From NCBI GenBank assembly GCA_037447435.1, contig JBBIGR010000015.1, forward strand, positions 21,283 to 85,282: a stretch of 64,000 nt of DNA, in the 5' to 3' direction. Position 1 is the first letter of the stretch. Each line of letters opens with the position of its first letter. The DNA is from Fibrobacteria bacterium. Lineage in GTDB: Bacteria; Fibrobacterota; Chitinivibrionia; Chitinivibrionales; FEN-1185. Under the pieces are notes generated by a model, which saw nothing but the letters and a program-made list of their open reading frames with translations, did not search any database and was not told the DNA's origin. The position numbers and the translations under genes are program-made. This document shows positions 20,692 through 29,621 of the stretch, in pieces.

Positions 20692-22953
20692 TTAGGATGT
20701 GAAATCCGCGAATTTCGCCATGAGTTTTTTCCTGCTTCCGTCTTGAAACAAAACGGTCATACGCATATCGTCGCCGAAGCCGCTGATATTGACGATTTTC
20801 CCGCGGCCGTATAATTTATGTGAAACCTGTTGACCCATGCGGTATTGCACAGGGTCTTGGGAAAAATCATCGTGATGAAAGGGCTGCGCATGCTCGTTGA
20901 CAACAGGCTGTTTTTGAGCATTGAACCGTACTTGCGTCGGCGGTGCGGCGCGGAATTCTTCCCGTGGAAAAAAGGCGCTTTTATCTATATACGTATACAG
21001 GTCTTGTGAAATCGACGCAAGAAACCGCGACGGCGTCATCGGCAGCACATTACCGAATCGGAACCGCTGATCGGTGTGCGAACATTCAAGACTCTCCATG
21101 GCGCGAGTGCACCCGACATACAGCAAGCGGCGTTCTTCCTCTATTTTCGATTCGTCGTCGAAGTTTTGCCGCGAGGGTAAAATACCGTCTTCGCACCCCA
21201 CGACAAAAACGTTTTTAAACTCCAGCCCTTTTGCGCAATGGAGCGTCATCATGCTGACCGCGTCGTCCTTTTGTTCCCATCTGTCTATGTCGGACGCCAG
21301 GGAAACCTCTTCCAGAAACGAATCGATGCCTTTGCTCGGGTTATCTTCGGTCCAGATTGCCAATGCGTTGAGCAATTCATTGACATTCTCGATCCTTGCG
21401 TTTGCTTCTTCGGAATTTTCCTCTTCGAAAACGGTCAGATATCCGCTAAGCGCAAGCATTTCGGAGCACAATTGATGCGGCGAGGCGTGCTCGGCAACCA
21501 GGTCGAGAAGCAATGTCATGATTTCACGGAATTGCGCCAGCCCTTTTTGAGCCCGTCCGAGCGCTGCCGACGGTTCCGTGCTGCAGATGTATTCGCAGAG
21601 CGATTTTTGGGCCGCCTTGCTTTCATCGACAAGCGCGTCGCGCGATTTGTCTCCGATGCCGCGGGGCGGTACGTTTAAAATTCGTTCGCAACTGATGTCG
21701 TCCTTGGGATTGACGCAAAGCCGCAAATAGGCGATACAATCCTTGATTTCCTTGCGTTCGTAAAAACTCATGCCGCCGACAAGCACATACGGAATTTTAC
21801 GTTTGCGCAACGAATCTTCGAACAAACGGGACTGTGCGTTGGTCCGGAATAAAATGGCGATATCGCGCGGGGAACAATTTCGCGCAATGGCGGATTTTAC
21901 GGCATCGCAAACGGATTCCGCTTCCATCCGGTCGTCGCGATACCGGGTCACCAGAACCGCTCCGCCGCCTTTCTTTCCCGTCCACAGGGTTTTTTCGGCG
22001 CGAACCGTATTCGATATTATCACTGCGTTTGCAAAATTCAATATCGCTTCGGTAGACCGGTAATTTTGTTCGAGCTTAAAGACTTTGGTCCCGGGAAACA
22101 CTTTTTCAAAAGAAAGGATATTGTCGATTTGGGCCCCGCGCCAGGCGTAAATACTCTGATCGTCGTCGCCCACGACAAATACTCTCCCGCTTCCCTCGGC
22201 GAGCAATTTTACAAGATAGAATTGCGCAAGATTCGTGTCTTGATATTCATCGACCAGGACATATTTAAAAAGCGACTGATAGCTTCGGCGAAGTTGTTCG
22301 TTATCCCGCAGCAAATAAACGCTCTGCGACAAAAGATCATCGAAATCCATTGCCTGTTGACGGCGCAAACTTTCCTGGTAAACGGCATACACTCTGACCA
22401 CTTCCTGCTCAAAATAGCTTCCCTGTTTATTGGCGAGGACGGCAGGAGGCATGCATGCATTTTTATATCGGGAAATCGCGGAAAGCAGCGTTTTGGGAGG
22501 CATAGTGCGCTCATCCAGCTGCAATTCCTTGACGATTTTTTTTACTAAAGACAATTGATCGTCGGCATCGAAAATCGAAAACGACGGCGAATACCCGAAA
22601 TGAAGCGCCTCACGTCTCAACAATCTCGCGCAGAGAGAATGAAACGTGCCGATCCATAATCCTTTAAGCGGCAATCCGATAAGCGTTTCCACCCGCGCCT
22701 GCATTTCACGCGCTGCCTTATTTGTAAACGTCGCGGCAAAGATCTGCTGCGGCAAGATTGCCTTTTGACGGATAAGGAAAGCGATTTTGGCAGTCAAAAC
22801 CCGGGTTTTGCCCGTTCCCGCGCCCGCAAAAACAAGCTGCGGTCCCGCATCGTACATCACCGCTTCTTTTTGTACCGGATTGAGAACGACATTATTTAAA
22901 AAAGTAGCGCCGCCAAAACCATTGTTCACGTTGCTATTCATGCTGCTAGTCAT
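20692..22953 (-). CDS. uvrD: UvrD/PcrA superfamily 1 DNA helicase
   Basis: AGAGTGKT, DEYQD, GDDDQSIY, QNYRS, EEERRLLYVG; start 22953 or 22941. Confidence 0.93.
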   Translation of the reverse strand: MTSSMNSNVNNGFGGATFLNNVVLNPVQKEAVMYDAGPQLVFAGAGTGKTRVLTAKIAFLIRQKAILPQQIFAATFTNKAAREMQARVETLIGLPLKGLWIGTFHSLCARLLRREALHFGYSPSFSIFDADDQLSLVKKIVKELQLDERTMPPKTLLSAISRYKNACMPPAVLANKQGSYFEQEVVRVYAVYQESLRRQQAMDFDDLLSQSVYLLRDNEQLRRSYQSLFKYVLVDEYQDTNLAQFYLVKLLAEGSGRVFVVGDDDQSIYAWRGAQIDNILSFEKVFPGTKVFKLEQNYRSTEAILNFANAVIISNTVRAEKTLWTGKKGGGAVLVTRYRDDRMEAESVCDAVKSAIARNCSPRDIAILFRTNAQSRLFEDSLRKRKIPYVLVGGMSFYERKEIKDCIAYLRLCVNPKDDISCERILNVPPRGIGDKSRDALVDESKAAQKSLCEYICSTEPSAALGRAQKGLAQFREIMTLLLDLVAEHASPHQLCSEMLALSGYLTVFEEENSEEANARIENVNELLNALAIWTEDNPSKGIDSFLEEVSLASDIDRWEQKDDAVSMMTLHCAKGLEFKNVFVVGCEDGILPSRQNFDDESKIEEERRLLYVGCTRAMESLECSHTDQRFRFGNVLPMTPSRFLASISQDLYTYIDKSAFFPREEFRAAPPTQVRFNAQKQPVVNEHAQPFHHDDFSQDPVQYRMGQQVSHKLYGRGKIVNISGFGDDMRMTVLFQDGSRKKLMAKFADFTS

Positions 22954-24844
22954 TCTGCGAAACTCCCAATACCTGTTCGATTGTGGTGATACCTTCGGCA
23001 GCTTTACGGAGCCCGTCGATACGGAGCGTATCGAAACCGCCTTTACTCGCGCAATACGCCTTGATATCATCCGACGTTTTACGTTCAAGTACGAGTTTTT
23101 TTACTGTAGGGTCCGGTATCAAAAGCTCAAAAATCCCCGATCTGCCTTTATAACCGGTTTCATTGCAAAAGCGGCATCCTTTGCCCTTATATAATGTTAT
23201 GTCCGGACGAAGTCCCAGTTTCTTGAGAACATCGGGGTCTTCTCTGTACGGCTCTTTGCAGCGGGAACAAATGCGGCGAACGAGACGTTGTGCAAGCACC
23301 CCCCGAACCGTCGAACATATTAGAAACGGTTCCAACCCCATGTCCATGAGCCGGGTAAATGCGCTTGCCGAATCGTTCGTATGCAATGTCGAATAAACCA
23401 TATGACCGGTCAAGGCGGCTTGTATTGCCATCTCGCAAGTCTGCTTGTCCCGCATTTCGCCGACCATCACGATGTCCGGATCTTGACGTAAAATAGAACG
23501 CATTCCGTCTTCAAAATTGAATCCGGCCTTGATATTGATTTGCCCTTGGTTGATGCCTTCCAAAACGAATTCGACCGGATCTTCCATGGTCACAATGTTT
23601 TTTTTACTTTCGTAATACAAATTAACGCGAGATAACGCCGCATACAGCGTACTGCTTTTTCCGCTTCCGGTTGGGCCGGTGACAAGTACGATGCCGTCGG
23701 GCAGGCGGACAATATCGTCGAATTGCTTAAGCATGCCGGGCAGGAACCCGAGTTGATCGAGCGTCAGACTATGCGCGGCCTGGTCTATAATTCGCATGAC
23801 CATTTTTTCATTGACGCCCCTGGTTCTGGTCATGACCGGAAAAGTCGAAACGCGCAAGTCTATGTTGCGTCCCTGATGCCGGATTTCGATATGCCCGTCT
23901 TGCGGTCGCCGTTTTTCGGCGATATCCATTCCGGCCATAATTTTCAAACGCGAGGTAATTTGAGCCCGTAATTGTAAAGGAATGGGATTTTGTTCCGCCA
24001 ATTCGCCATCCACCCGATATCGCAAACGAACATACGAATCCATGGGCTCGATGTGAATATCCGACGCATTTTCACTCACCGCCTGCGTTATGATGAGGTT
24101 GACAAGCTTGACGATCTGCTTTCCTTCCTCATCGGTGAGCCTGTCGGCGTCTTCTTCCTCGTCATGACGAACCACATCCAAATCATCGACATGGACCGAA
24201 CCCAAAAGTTCCGACATTTGCTCCATGCCCGACGAGTAATTTTTTTCTATCATCGCCAAAATCGAACGTTCCGCAGCAATGACCGGCTCTATTTCCTTAC
24301 CCGTTTTAAACTTCAAATGGTCCAACGTACGCAAATTAGTCGGATCGGCCATGGCGACGGTCAGCGTCCCCTCTTTTTCGAACAGCGGTATGACGCGATA
24401 TCGCTTTGCCATTTCCTCGGGAATCATGTTGACAAGGCTGCGGTTAAAATTGAAATTCTCCAGCACGACATGCTGAATATCGAGTTGGGCAGACAAGACA
24501 TCTACAAGTTTATTTTCGGTAATATAGCCAAGCGCGACAAGACATTTACCAAGTTGCTGCTTGGTTTTTTTCTGTTCTTCGAGCCCCATCCGCAATTGAT
24601 CATCGGAAATCAACCCCTGATCGATGAGCACTTCCCCGATGCGTTTTCTCTGATCCAACTGGATTTGGGCGCCCAAAACGCTCGTTAAATCGTCTTCGGT
24701 TATATATTTCAAATTGACAAGAACCGTACCCAGACTGACGCCGGTACGTTTATGCACCTGCAAAGCCTCCACCAATTGTTCATTGGTAATGAGTCCCTGT
24801 GCAATGAGGATTTCACCCAGTTTTTTTCTTCGTCGTTGCATCAT
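22946..24844 (-). CDS. pilB: PilB/GspE-type assembly ATPase with two MshEN domains
   Basis: GPTGSGKS, RQDPD, HTND, two CxxC pairs; N-terminal LGEIL/IGEVL repeats. Confidence 0.88.
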   Translation of the reverse strand: MMQRRRKKLGEILIAQGLITNEQLVEALQVHKRTGVSLGTVLVNLKYITEDDLTSVLGAQIQLDQRKRIGEVLIDQGLISDDQLRMGLEEQKKTKQQLGKCLVALGYITENKLVDVLSAQLDIQHVVLENFNFNRSLVNMIPEEMAKRYRVIPLFEKEGTLTVAMADPTNLRTLDHLKFKTGKEIEPVIAAERSILAMIEKNYSSGMEQMSELLGSVHVDDLDVVRHDEEEDADRLTDEEGKQIVKLVNLIITQAVSENASDIHIEPMDSYVRLRYRVDGELAEQNPIPLQLRAQITSRLKIMAGMDIAEKRRPQDGHIEIRHQGRNIDLRVSTFPVMTRTRGVNEKMVMRIIDQAAHSLTLDQLGFLPGMLKQFDDIVRLPDGIVLVTGPTGSGKSSTLYAALSRVNLYYESKKNIVTMEDPVEFVLEGINQGQINIKAGFNFEDGMRSILRQDPDIVMVGEMRDKQTCEMAIQAALTGHMVYSTLHTNDSASAFTRLMDMGLEPFLICSTVRGVLAQRLVRRICSRCKEPYREDPDVLKKLGLRPDITLYKGKGCRFCNETGYKGRSGIFELLIPDPTVKKLVLERKTSDDIKAYCASKGGFDTLRIDGLRKAAEGITTIEQVLGVSQND

Positions 24845-24979
24845 AATATGAAAAAATACATTAAATAAATTGAATCGTAAGAACTAATCCGTTGGATAGC
24901 TCCCTGCGATCGTATCTACCCCAAATGTGTACGCCTGGTTTCTAAAATCGCTAACGCCCAAATACACCTAATAAGTATA

Positions 24980-26008
24980 TCATTTCGGCATATGATCCCA
25001 TCCGCCTTTTTTAAGTTCCATAACAATCCCGAGAGAGTTCCTGATGAATAACCCCCTCCGTTTTTTCTCAAAGGTCCCAATTCTGGTCAAAGGTATACCG
25101 AATTTTTTAATCAACGGTTCGGGATTAAAACCTTTAGAAGCGGCAAACATCAATTCATAGTCTTCACCGCCATGCAGGAACAATTCCAGCCAATCCTTTT
25201 GAAGATAGGCTGCAGCGGACGAAAGCGTATTCCTCCTGCTTGGAATATCTTCCGGTAAAATTATTCCTAATTTATTTTCGAATCCCATTGTTCTTCCGTC
25301 TTTGGAAATACCGTCGGAAATGTCCATAGCACAGTGGACAGCCGCATTTTCGCTCAATGCCCGGCCAAGCTCGATGCGAGGTATCGGGTGAATATGGGCT
25401 TTTACATATTTTAATAATGGCAGGGGAATCGTATCTTTAGAAGCGTGTTTTTGCAAGATTTGAAGGCCGGCGGCACTCATCCCGGGATTTCCGGTAACCC
25501 ATAATCCGTCGTTGTGACGCGCGCCTTTCCGTAACAATATCCTTTGTCGGTTCGATTTCCGCCCAAGCAGTGTGATATCGATTATCCAGCATGGACCTGC
25601 GCTGAGATTTCCGCCGATTATCGGAAATTTCCACTTTCTGCAGGTATTTGCAAAACCCTTATATATTTGCGTAATTGCCAAAGAAATATCGGGTGCGGGG
25701 CAATTTTGCGGAAAAATGATTTGAACCAGGGCGCAGTCCGGCTGTGTAGCCATAGCAGCGCAATCGCTCACGTTTATGGCCATTGCTTTATACCCGATTT
25801 CCGAGAAAGTCATATAACGCAATGAAAAATGCACATTCTCGACAAAGGAATCGGCTGTCAGAATAAGTTGTTCGCGATCATGACAGACACGAATCGCGGC
25901 ATCATCGCCGATTGGAATGGGAAATCGCGGGGATTTTTTATAGCACAAAGAAGGCCTAATAGACTCAAGAAGCGAATATTCCGAAGACGGAGAATAGTGT
26001 GCTGCCAC
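24980..26008 (-). CDS. thiL: thiamine-monophosphate kinase
   Basis: IGDDAA, NVSDCAAM, DISDG, GGEDYEL. Confidence 0.93.
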   Translation of the reverse strand: MAAHYSPSSEYSLLESIRPSLCYKKSPRFPIPIGDDAAIRVCHDREQLILTADSFVENVHFSLRYMTFSEIGYKAMAINVSDCAAMATQPDCALVQIIFPQNCPAPDISLAITQIYKGFANTCRKWKFPIIGGNLSAGPCWIIDITLLGRKSNRQRILLRKGARHNDGLWVTGNPGMSAAGLQILQKHASKDTIPLPLLKYVKAHIHPIPRIELGRALSENAAVHCAMDISDGISKDGRTMGFENKLGIILPEDIPSRRNTLSSAAAYLQKDWLELFLHGGEDYELMFAASKGFNPEPLIKKFGIPLTRIGTFEKKRRGLFIRNSLGIVMELKKGGWDHMPK

Positions 26009-26017
26009 ACAACCACC

Positions 26018-26752
26018 TTATGCGCATAGTTTTGCGGCCTTCTCGATTGCATCCAAAGCAGCACGTTCATCTTTACATAATGAAACAAACTCCGTGATGC
26101 CGAAAATATCCAAGAGGTCGCTGATAAATTGGTCGCCGCCGTACATTGCCACCGCAGCTTTGCTCTCATGAATCTGTACGAGCAGCTTACCCAAAATATG
26201 CATTCCGCCGCTATCTACCATATCAAGCCCTGTCAAATCGAACACGTATTTATGCACCGTACCATCGACGGTGAAGGAGGTCAATGCCGATAGATCCCGA
26301 CCCAGCCCGCAACTTCCCGATAGCCCGATCCGGTACACGCCGTTTTCGATCCTGCCGACGAAAACAAAACCAAATTTTTCCTTAAGCGTTTTTTTCTCCA
26401 AAAGTTCTTCTTGCGAAATTTCAAACTCAACGTCGGTGGCGTACATGGTGAAAAGCTTATCGAGATGCACGGCGCCGAGAATTTCGCGTATTTTAAACGA
26501 AACATTGACAAGATATAATTTCGCATTTTTCTCGTCGAGGCGTTTTTTGATTCGTATCAGCAGCCCCAAACCGGAACTAAAGAGATTATGCGTCGATTCC
26601 AAATCGAGCACAACCGCAATTGCGGAGTCGGCAACGGCCATACCGATTTGTTCTTCTATCCTTGTATAATTGTCCATATTGATGGAATCGGGCAGCTTTA
26701 TCCAAAGAAATCCGTTTTTCACGGATACATTCAGGGCTAGATCGTTGTTCAT
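26018..26752 (-). CDS. tandem STAS-domain protein (anti-sigma factor antagonist-like)
   Basis: LFSSGLG and MVDSGGM phospho-Ser-type motifs in two halves. Confidence 0.8.
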   Translation of the reverse strand: MNNDLALNVSVKNGFLWIKLPDSINMDNYTRIEEQIGMAVADSAIAVVLDLESTHNLFSSGLGLLIRIKKRLDEKNAKLYLVNVSFKIREILGAVHLDKLFTMYATDVEFEISQEELLEKKTLKEKFGFVFVGRIENGVYRIGLSGSCGLGRDLSALTSFTVDGTVHKYVFDLTGLDMVDSGGMHILGKLLVQIHESKAAVAMYGGDQFISDLLDIFGITEFVSLCKDERAALDAIEKAAKLCA

Positions 26753-26756
26753 GATA

Positions 26757-28373
26757 TCATCCCTCTACTACTATTGCAGCGTCTTTTATCCGGAATGTTT
26801 TGTTGATAAGAGCAGACTTAATGACCTTTGTCATTCCGTATAAATTTATTTCGGTCCCGGGGAAAATGTCCCCTGCCACCTTAATATACCCGGTGTAGGT
26901 CCGAGGTTTCTTGAGTTCGGCTTCAAGCGCTGCGACTTTTTCCAAAACATATTTCAATTTGGCCGCCAGTTTATTATATGCGTCGAGCCATTTCTTTAAT
27001 TCGTCGGATTGCCGTTGCGACGGTTGTCCGCCTGCGGCTTTCAAAATTGCCGCCTTAGCTTTGAGCTGCTTTTGTATCGGCTCCATTTCGATTTCGAGTT
27101 TTTTTTGCAGCGTATGCAACTCTTTCATTTTGTCGGCAATCGCCTTTTCTTCTTTGTCTACCACACATATCTTTGTTTCAATACCCTTTTCATTTCCTAA
27201 AATATCGATTTCGACTTTCGAAAATGCGATCAACGATCCGCCGATTATCGCCGCATGCGGCTGACTTCCTATTGCGGTTTCACACGTAATATCGCAATGC
27301 ATGCAGTATTTATCGATATTGAGCATCGACTCGGTGCATATGATGGCCGATTGGGCAAATACAAGGTTGATTTCCTTTTTTGCAGAAACAAACATATCGT
27401 TTTTTCCAACAATGCCCTTTTGCAACGTAACTGATCCGTTTCGCGAAATAATTTTTGCCGATTCGGCTTCTCCCCGGATGATAATGTTTCCGTCGGACTC
27501 AACCGTGAAACCCGGCAGTACGCCCCCGCAGATGTCGACGTCTCCAGAATATTTTATATTGCCAACCGAAAAATCGACATCGTTTTTTATAGTCAACTGT
27601 TCGCCGACGTTGACAAGATCTCCCTGTTTATAAAGATATCCGCTTTTCTCGGCTTTCAAAAATTTTCCATCATCCGAAACCACGGTGTTTTTTCCGGGTC
27701 TGATTGCAATGTCAACCCCCGGTTTTGCCGGGACTTTTTTCCCTGTTACGTCGATACCCGCCACTCCCTCGCCGGGTGGCTCTTTCCTTGCAATAACCTG
27801 ACCGGCACCAACCTGAACGATCGATTGGATATTTCTATAATCCACTTTTCCGCTTTGTTCTTCTTTCGGCTTGATAGCCTTATCCACGTCGAGCTCGAAA
27901 ATCAATTTAGCGGCTTCGCCATCCACGGGCGGCGTACCTTCGGCAATCACTATCTCGTGATCGTATTGCGCATTTTTTACGATTTCCCGTATCCTGTCGA
28001 AATTGAGGCCGTGAACGATTCCTTTTCTCCGGAAACAGAAAACCAAGGCCGTGTCGGTCACTTTAATGTCGTTACTGATGGCAACCGAACTTATGGTGAC
28101 TGCGGCCTGCATCGGCGTCACATTTAAATCGACATACCGGTCGAGTTCCGGATTGTAAATTTCGAAAAGGGGGCCTATTTTTTCAAAAACGCCTTTCGCG
28201 GCTTCCACGATTTCCTTGATTTTATTGATATCGAAATTCGTCACAAACGCCTGGAAAAGGCAATTTCTAATTTCCGCTATCTGGACCTTTGCCTTGTGCT
28301 CAGGGGAAACCTTAATGAATACCCCGTCGGCCCTGTTTTCAACAGGGAAAAATTTACTAAGTGGGTTTTCCAA
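26757..28373 (-). CDS. FapA/DUF342 family protein
   Basis: IAEGTPPVDGE, GKVDYR, DVDFSVGNIKYSGDV, C-terminal coiled coil. Confidence 0.88.
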   Translation of the reverse strand: MENPLSKFFPVENRADGVFIKVSPEHKAKVQIAEIRNCLFQAFVTNFDINKIKEIVEAAKGVFEKIGPLFEIYNPELDRYVDLNVTPMQAAVTISSVAISNDIKVTDTALVFCFRRKGIVHGLNFDRIREIVKNAQYDHEIVIAEGTPPVDGEAAKLIFELDVDKAIKPKEEQSGKVDYRNIQSIVQVGAGQVIARKEPPGEGVAGIDVTGKKVPAKPGVDIAIRPGKNTVVSDDGKFLKAEKSGYLYKQGDLVNVGEQLTIKNDVDFSVGNIKYSGDVDICGGVLPGFTVESDGNIIIRGEAESAKIISRNGSVTLQKGIVGKNDMFVSAKKEINLVFAQSAIICTESMLNIDKYCMHCDITCETAIGSQPHAAIIGGSLIAFSKVEIDILGNEKGIETKICVVDKEEKAIADKMKELHTLQKKLEIEMEPIQKQLKAKAAILKAAGGQPSQRQSDELKKWLDAYNKLAAKLKYVLEKVAALEAELKKPRTYTGYIKVAGDIFPGTEINLYGMTKVIKSALINKTFRIKDAAIVVEG

Positions 28374-28460
28374 GAATTATCCCCATCATTAAAGGAATAA
28401 AAATGCACAATGCCGAATCAGGATCACTATTGTAAGTATAGGAACAAGGGAATTGCTTTT

Positions 28461-29543
28461 TCAAGCAAAATATTGTGAATTCTCGAACATATTGCAAATC
28501 GTATTGACGCAGGTTTCAATTCCCATCGAAAGCGAGGGGCGGGGTTTAGGCCGTAAGGCAATCGTCTGCAGCGCATCGGCCCATTCAAGTGCGTTGAACA
28601 TTTCCGCGGAAAGCTCATAGCCGTATCCCCATCGGGTAACAGCGTGGGCAAGCGTCTCATATTCAGCAAATCCCCGGCGGGGCAAATAGACAATCGGTAA
28701 CCCGTTGACAAAGCATTCCGCACAAGTGCCGTATCCCAATTTGCTTATCATGACATCGGCCGAGGCGACAAAGTCTTGATAGGGAAATTGTTTTTCGCCG
28801 ATACAATGATAGTTTTTTACAGTTCGGGGCAGCGGATAAAGTCCGAAAAACTCCCATGCTTCGAATTGTTCGAGTCGTTCCCAGTTCACGGCATTCATGC
28901 CAAAATTGCCGGTGTAAATCAAACCGATCTTTTGGGACGACGAAATACCATAGGTATCGGAAAGCGTATTTCTGATTTCGTTTCCTATCCTGCCGACGGG
29001 TCCTGCCGGAATTACTTTTTTGAAATACGGCATATCGCAAGCCGGGTACAAAGCGAGCAACGAATCCGCTAAAGCGTATTGGTTTTCCAATTCTTGTAGC
29101 TGAGACGAAAAATCCGGCCGCCGGGAAATGTATTCTTTGTAAATCGTATGCCAGGTGAAATTCGTTATTGCCAACGAAGGAATTTTTGCGTTGAATGCGA
29201 CTTCAAAGGCAAACGGAACAATGTCCGAAGCAATGAGCCCGATTCCGTTTTCGCGGCACCATTTTGATTCATGCTCGAGCTTATTGGCATTCTCCATCGC
29301 AATAGCACGGTATTTGGACAATGTCGCGTCGATATCGACGGTTACGCCGTCGGTTTGAACGCATCCGCAATCGAATTCCCCCAACTCATAGGAAAACGGT
29401 CTGGACATTTCCTGAAGGAAAAATGAGTGCGGCACCGTTGTTTTAAAAATAATGTCTATGGAAAGAGGTACTTTATTGCACAAAGCAACGGTGCGTGCGG
29501 CATGACCGTATCCGTGCGAAGTTATATAATAGAGCAATTTCAT
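28461..29543 (-). CDS. GT-B fold glycosyltransferase-like protein
   Basis: SHGYGHAAR, SKLGYGT..E, PRRGFAE. Confidence 0.8.
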   Translation of the reverse strand: MKLLYYITSHGYGHAARTVALCNKVPLSIDIIFKTTVPHSFFLQEMSRPFSYELGEFDCGCVQTDGVTVDIDATLSKYRAIAMENANKLEHESKWCRENGIGLIASDIVPFAFEVAFNAKIPSLAITNFTWHTIYKEYISRRPDFSSQLQELENQYALADSLLALYPACDMPYFKKVIPAGPVGRIGNEIRNTLSDTYGISSSQKIGLIYTGNFGMNAVNWERLEQFEAWEFFGLYPLPRTVKNYHCIGEKQFPYQDFVASADVMISKLGYGTCAECFVNGLPIVYLPRRGFAEYETLAHAVTRWGYGYELSAEMFNALEWADALQTIALRPKPRPSLSMGIETCVNTICNMFENSQYFA

Positions 29544-29557
29544 GGATGGCTATCCCG

Positions 29558-29586
29558 AAAAAAAAGCGGCTGTTACGCCGCATTTT
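29558..29586 (-). terminator. rho-independent terminator after the Tex-like gene
   Basis: GCGGC-N6-GCCGC followed by U8 on the minus strand. Confidence 0.65.
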
Positions 29587-29621
29587 CAAAGACTGTTTAT
29601 CAAAATCCGAAATCGCTGGAA

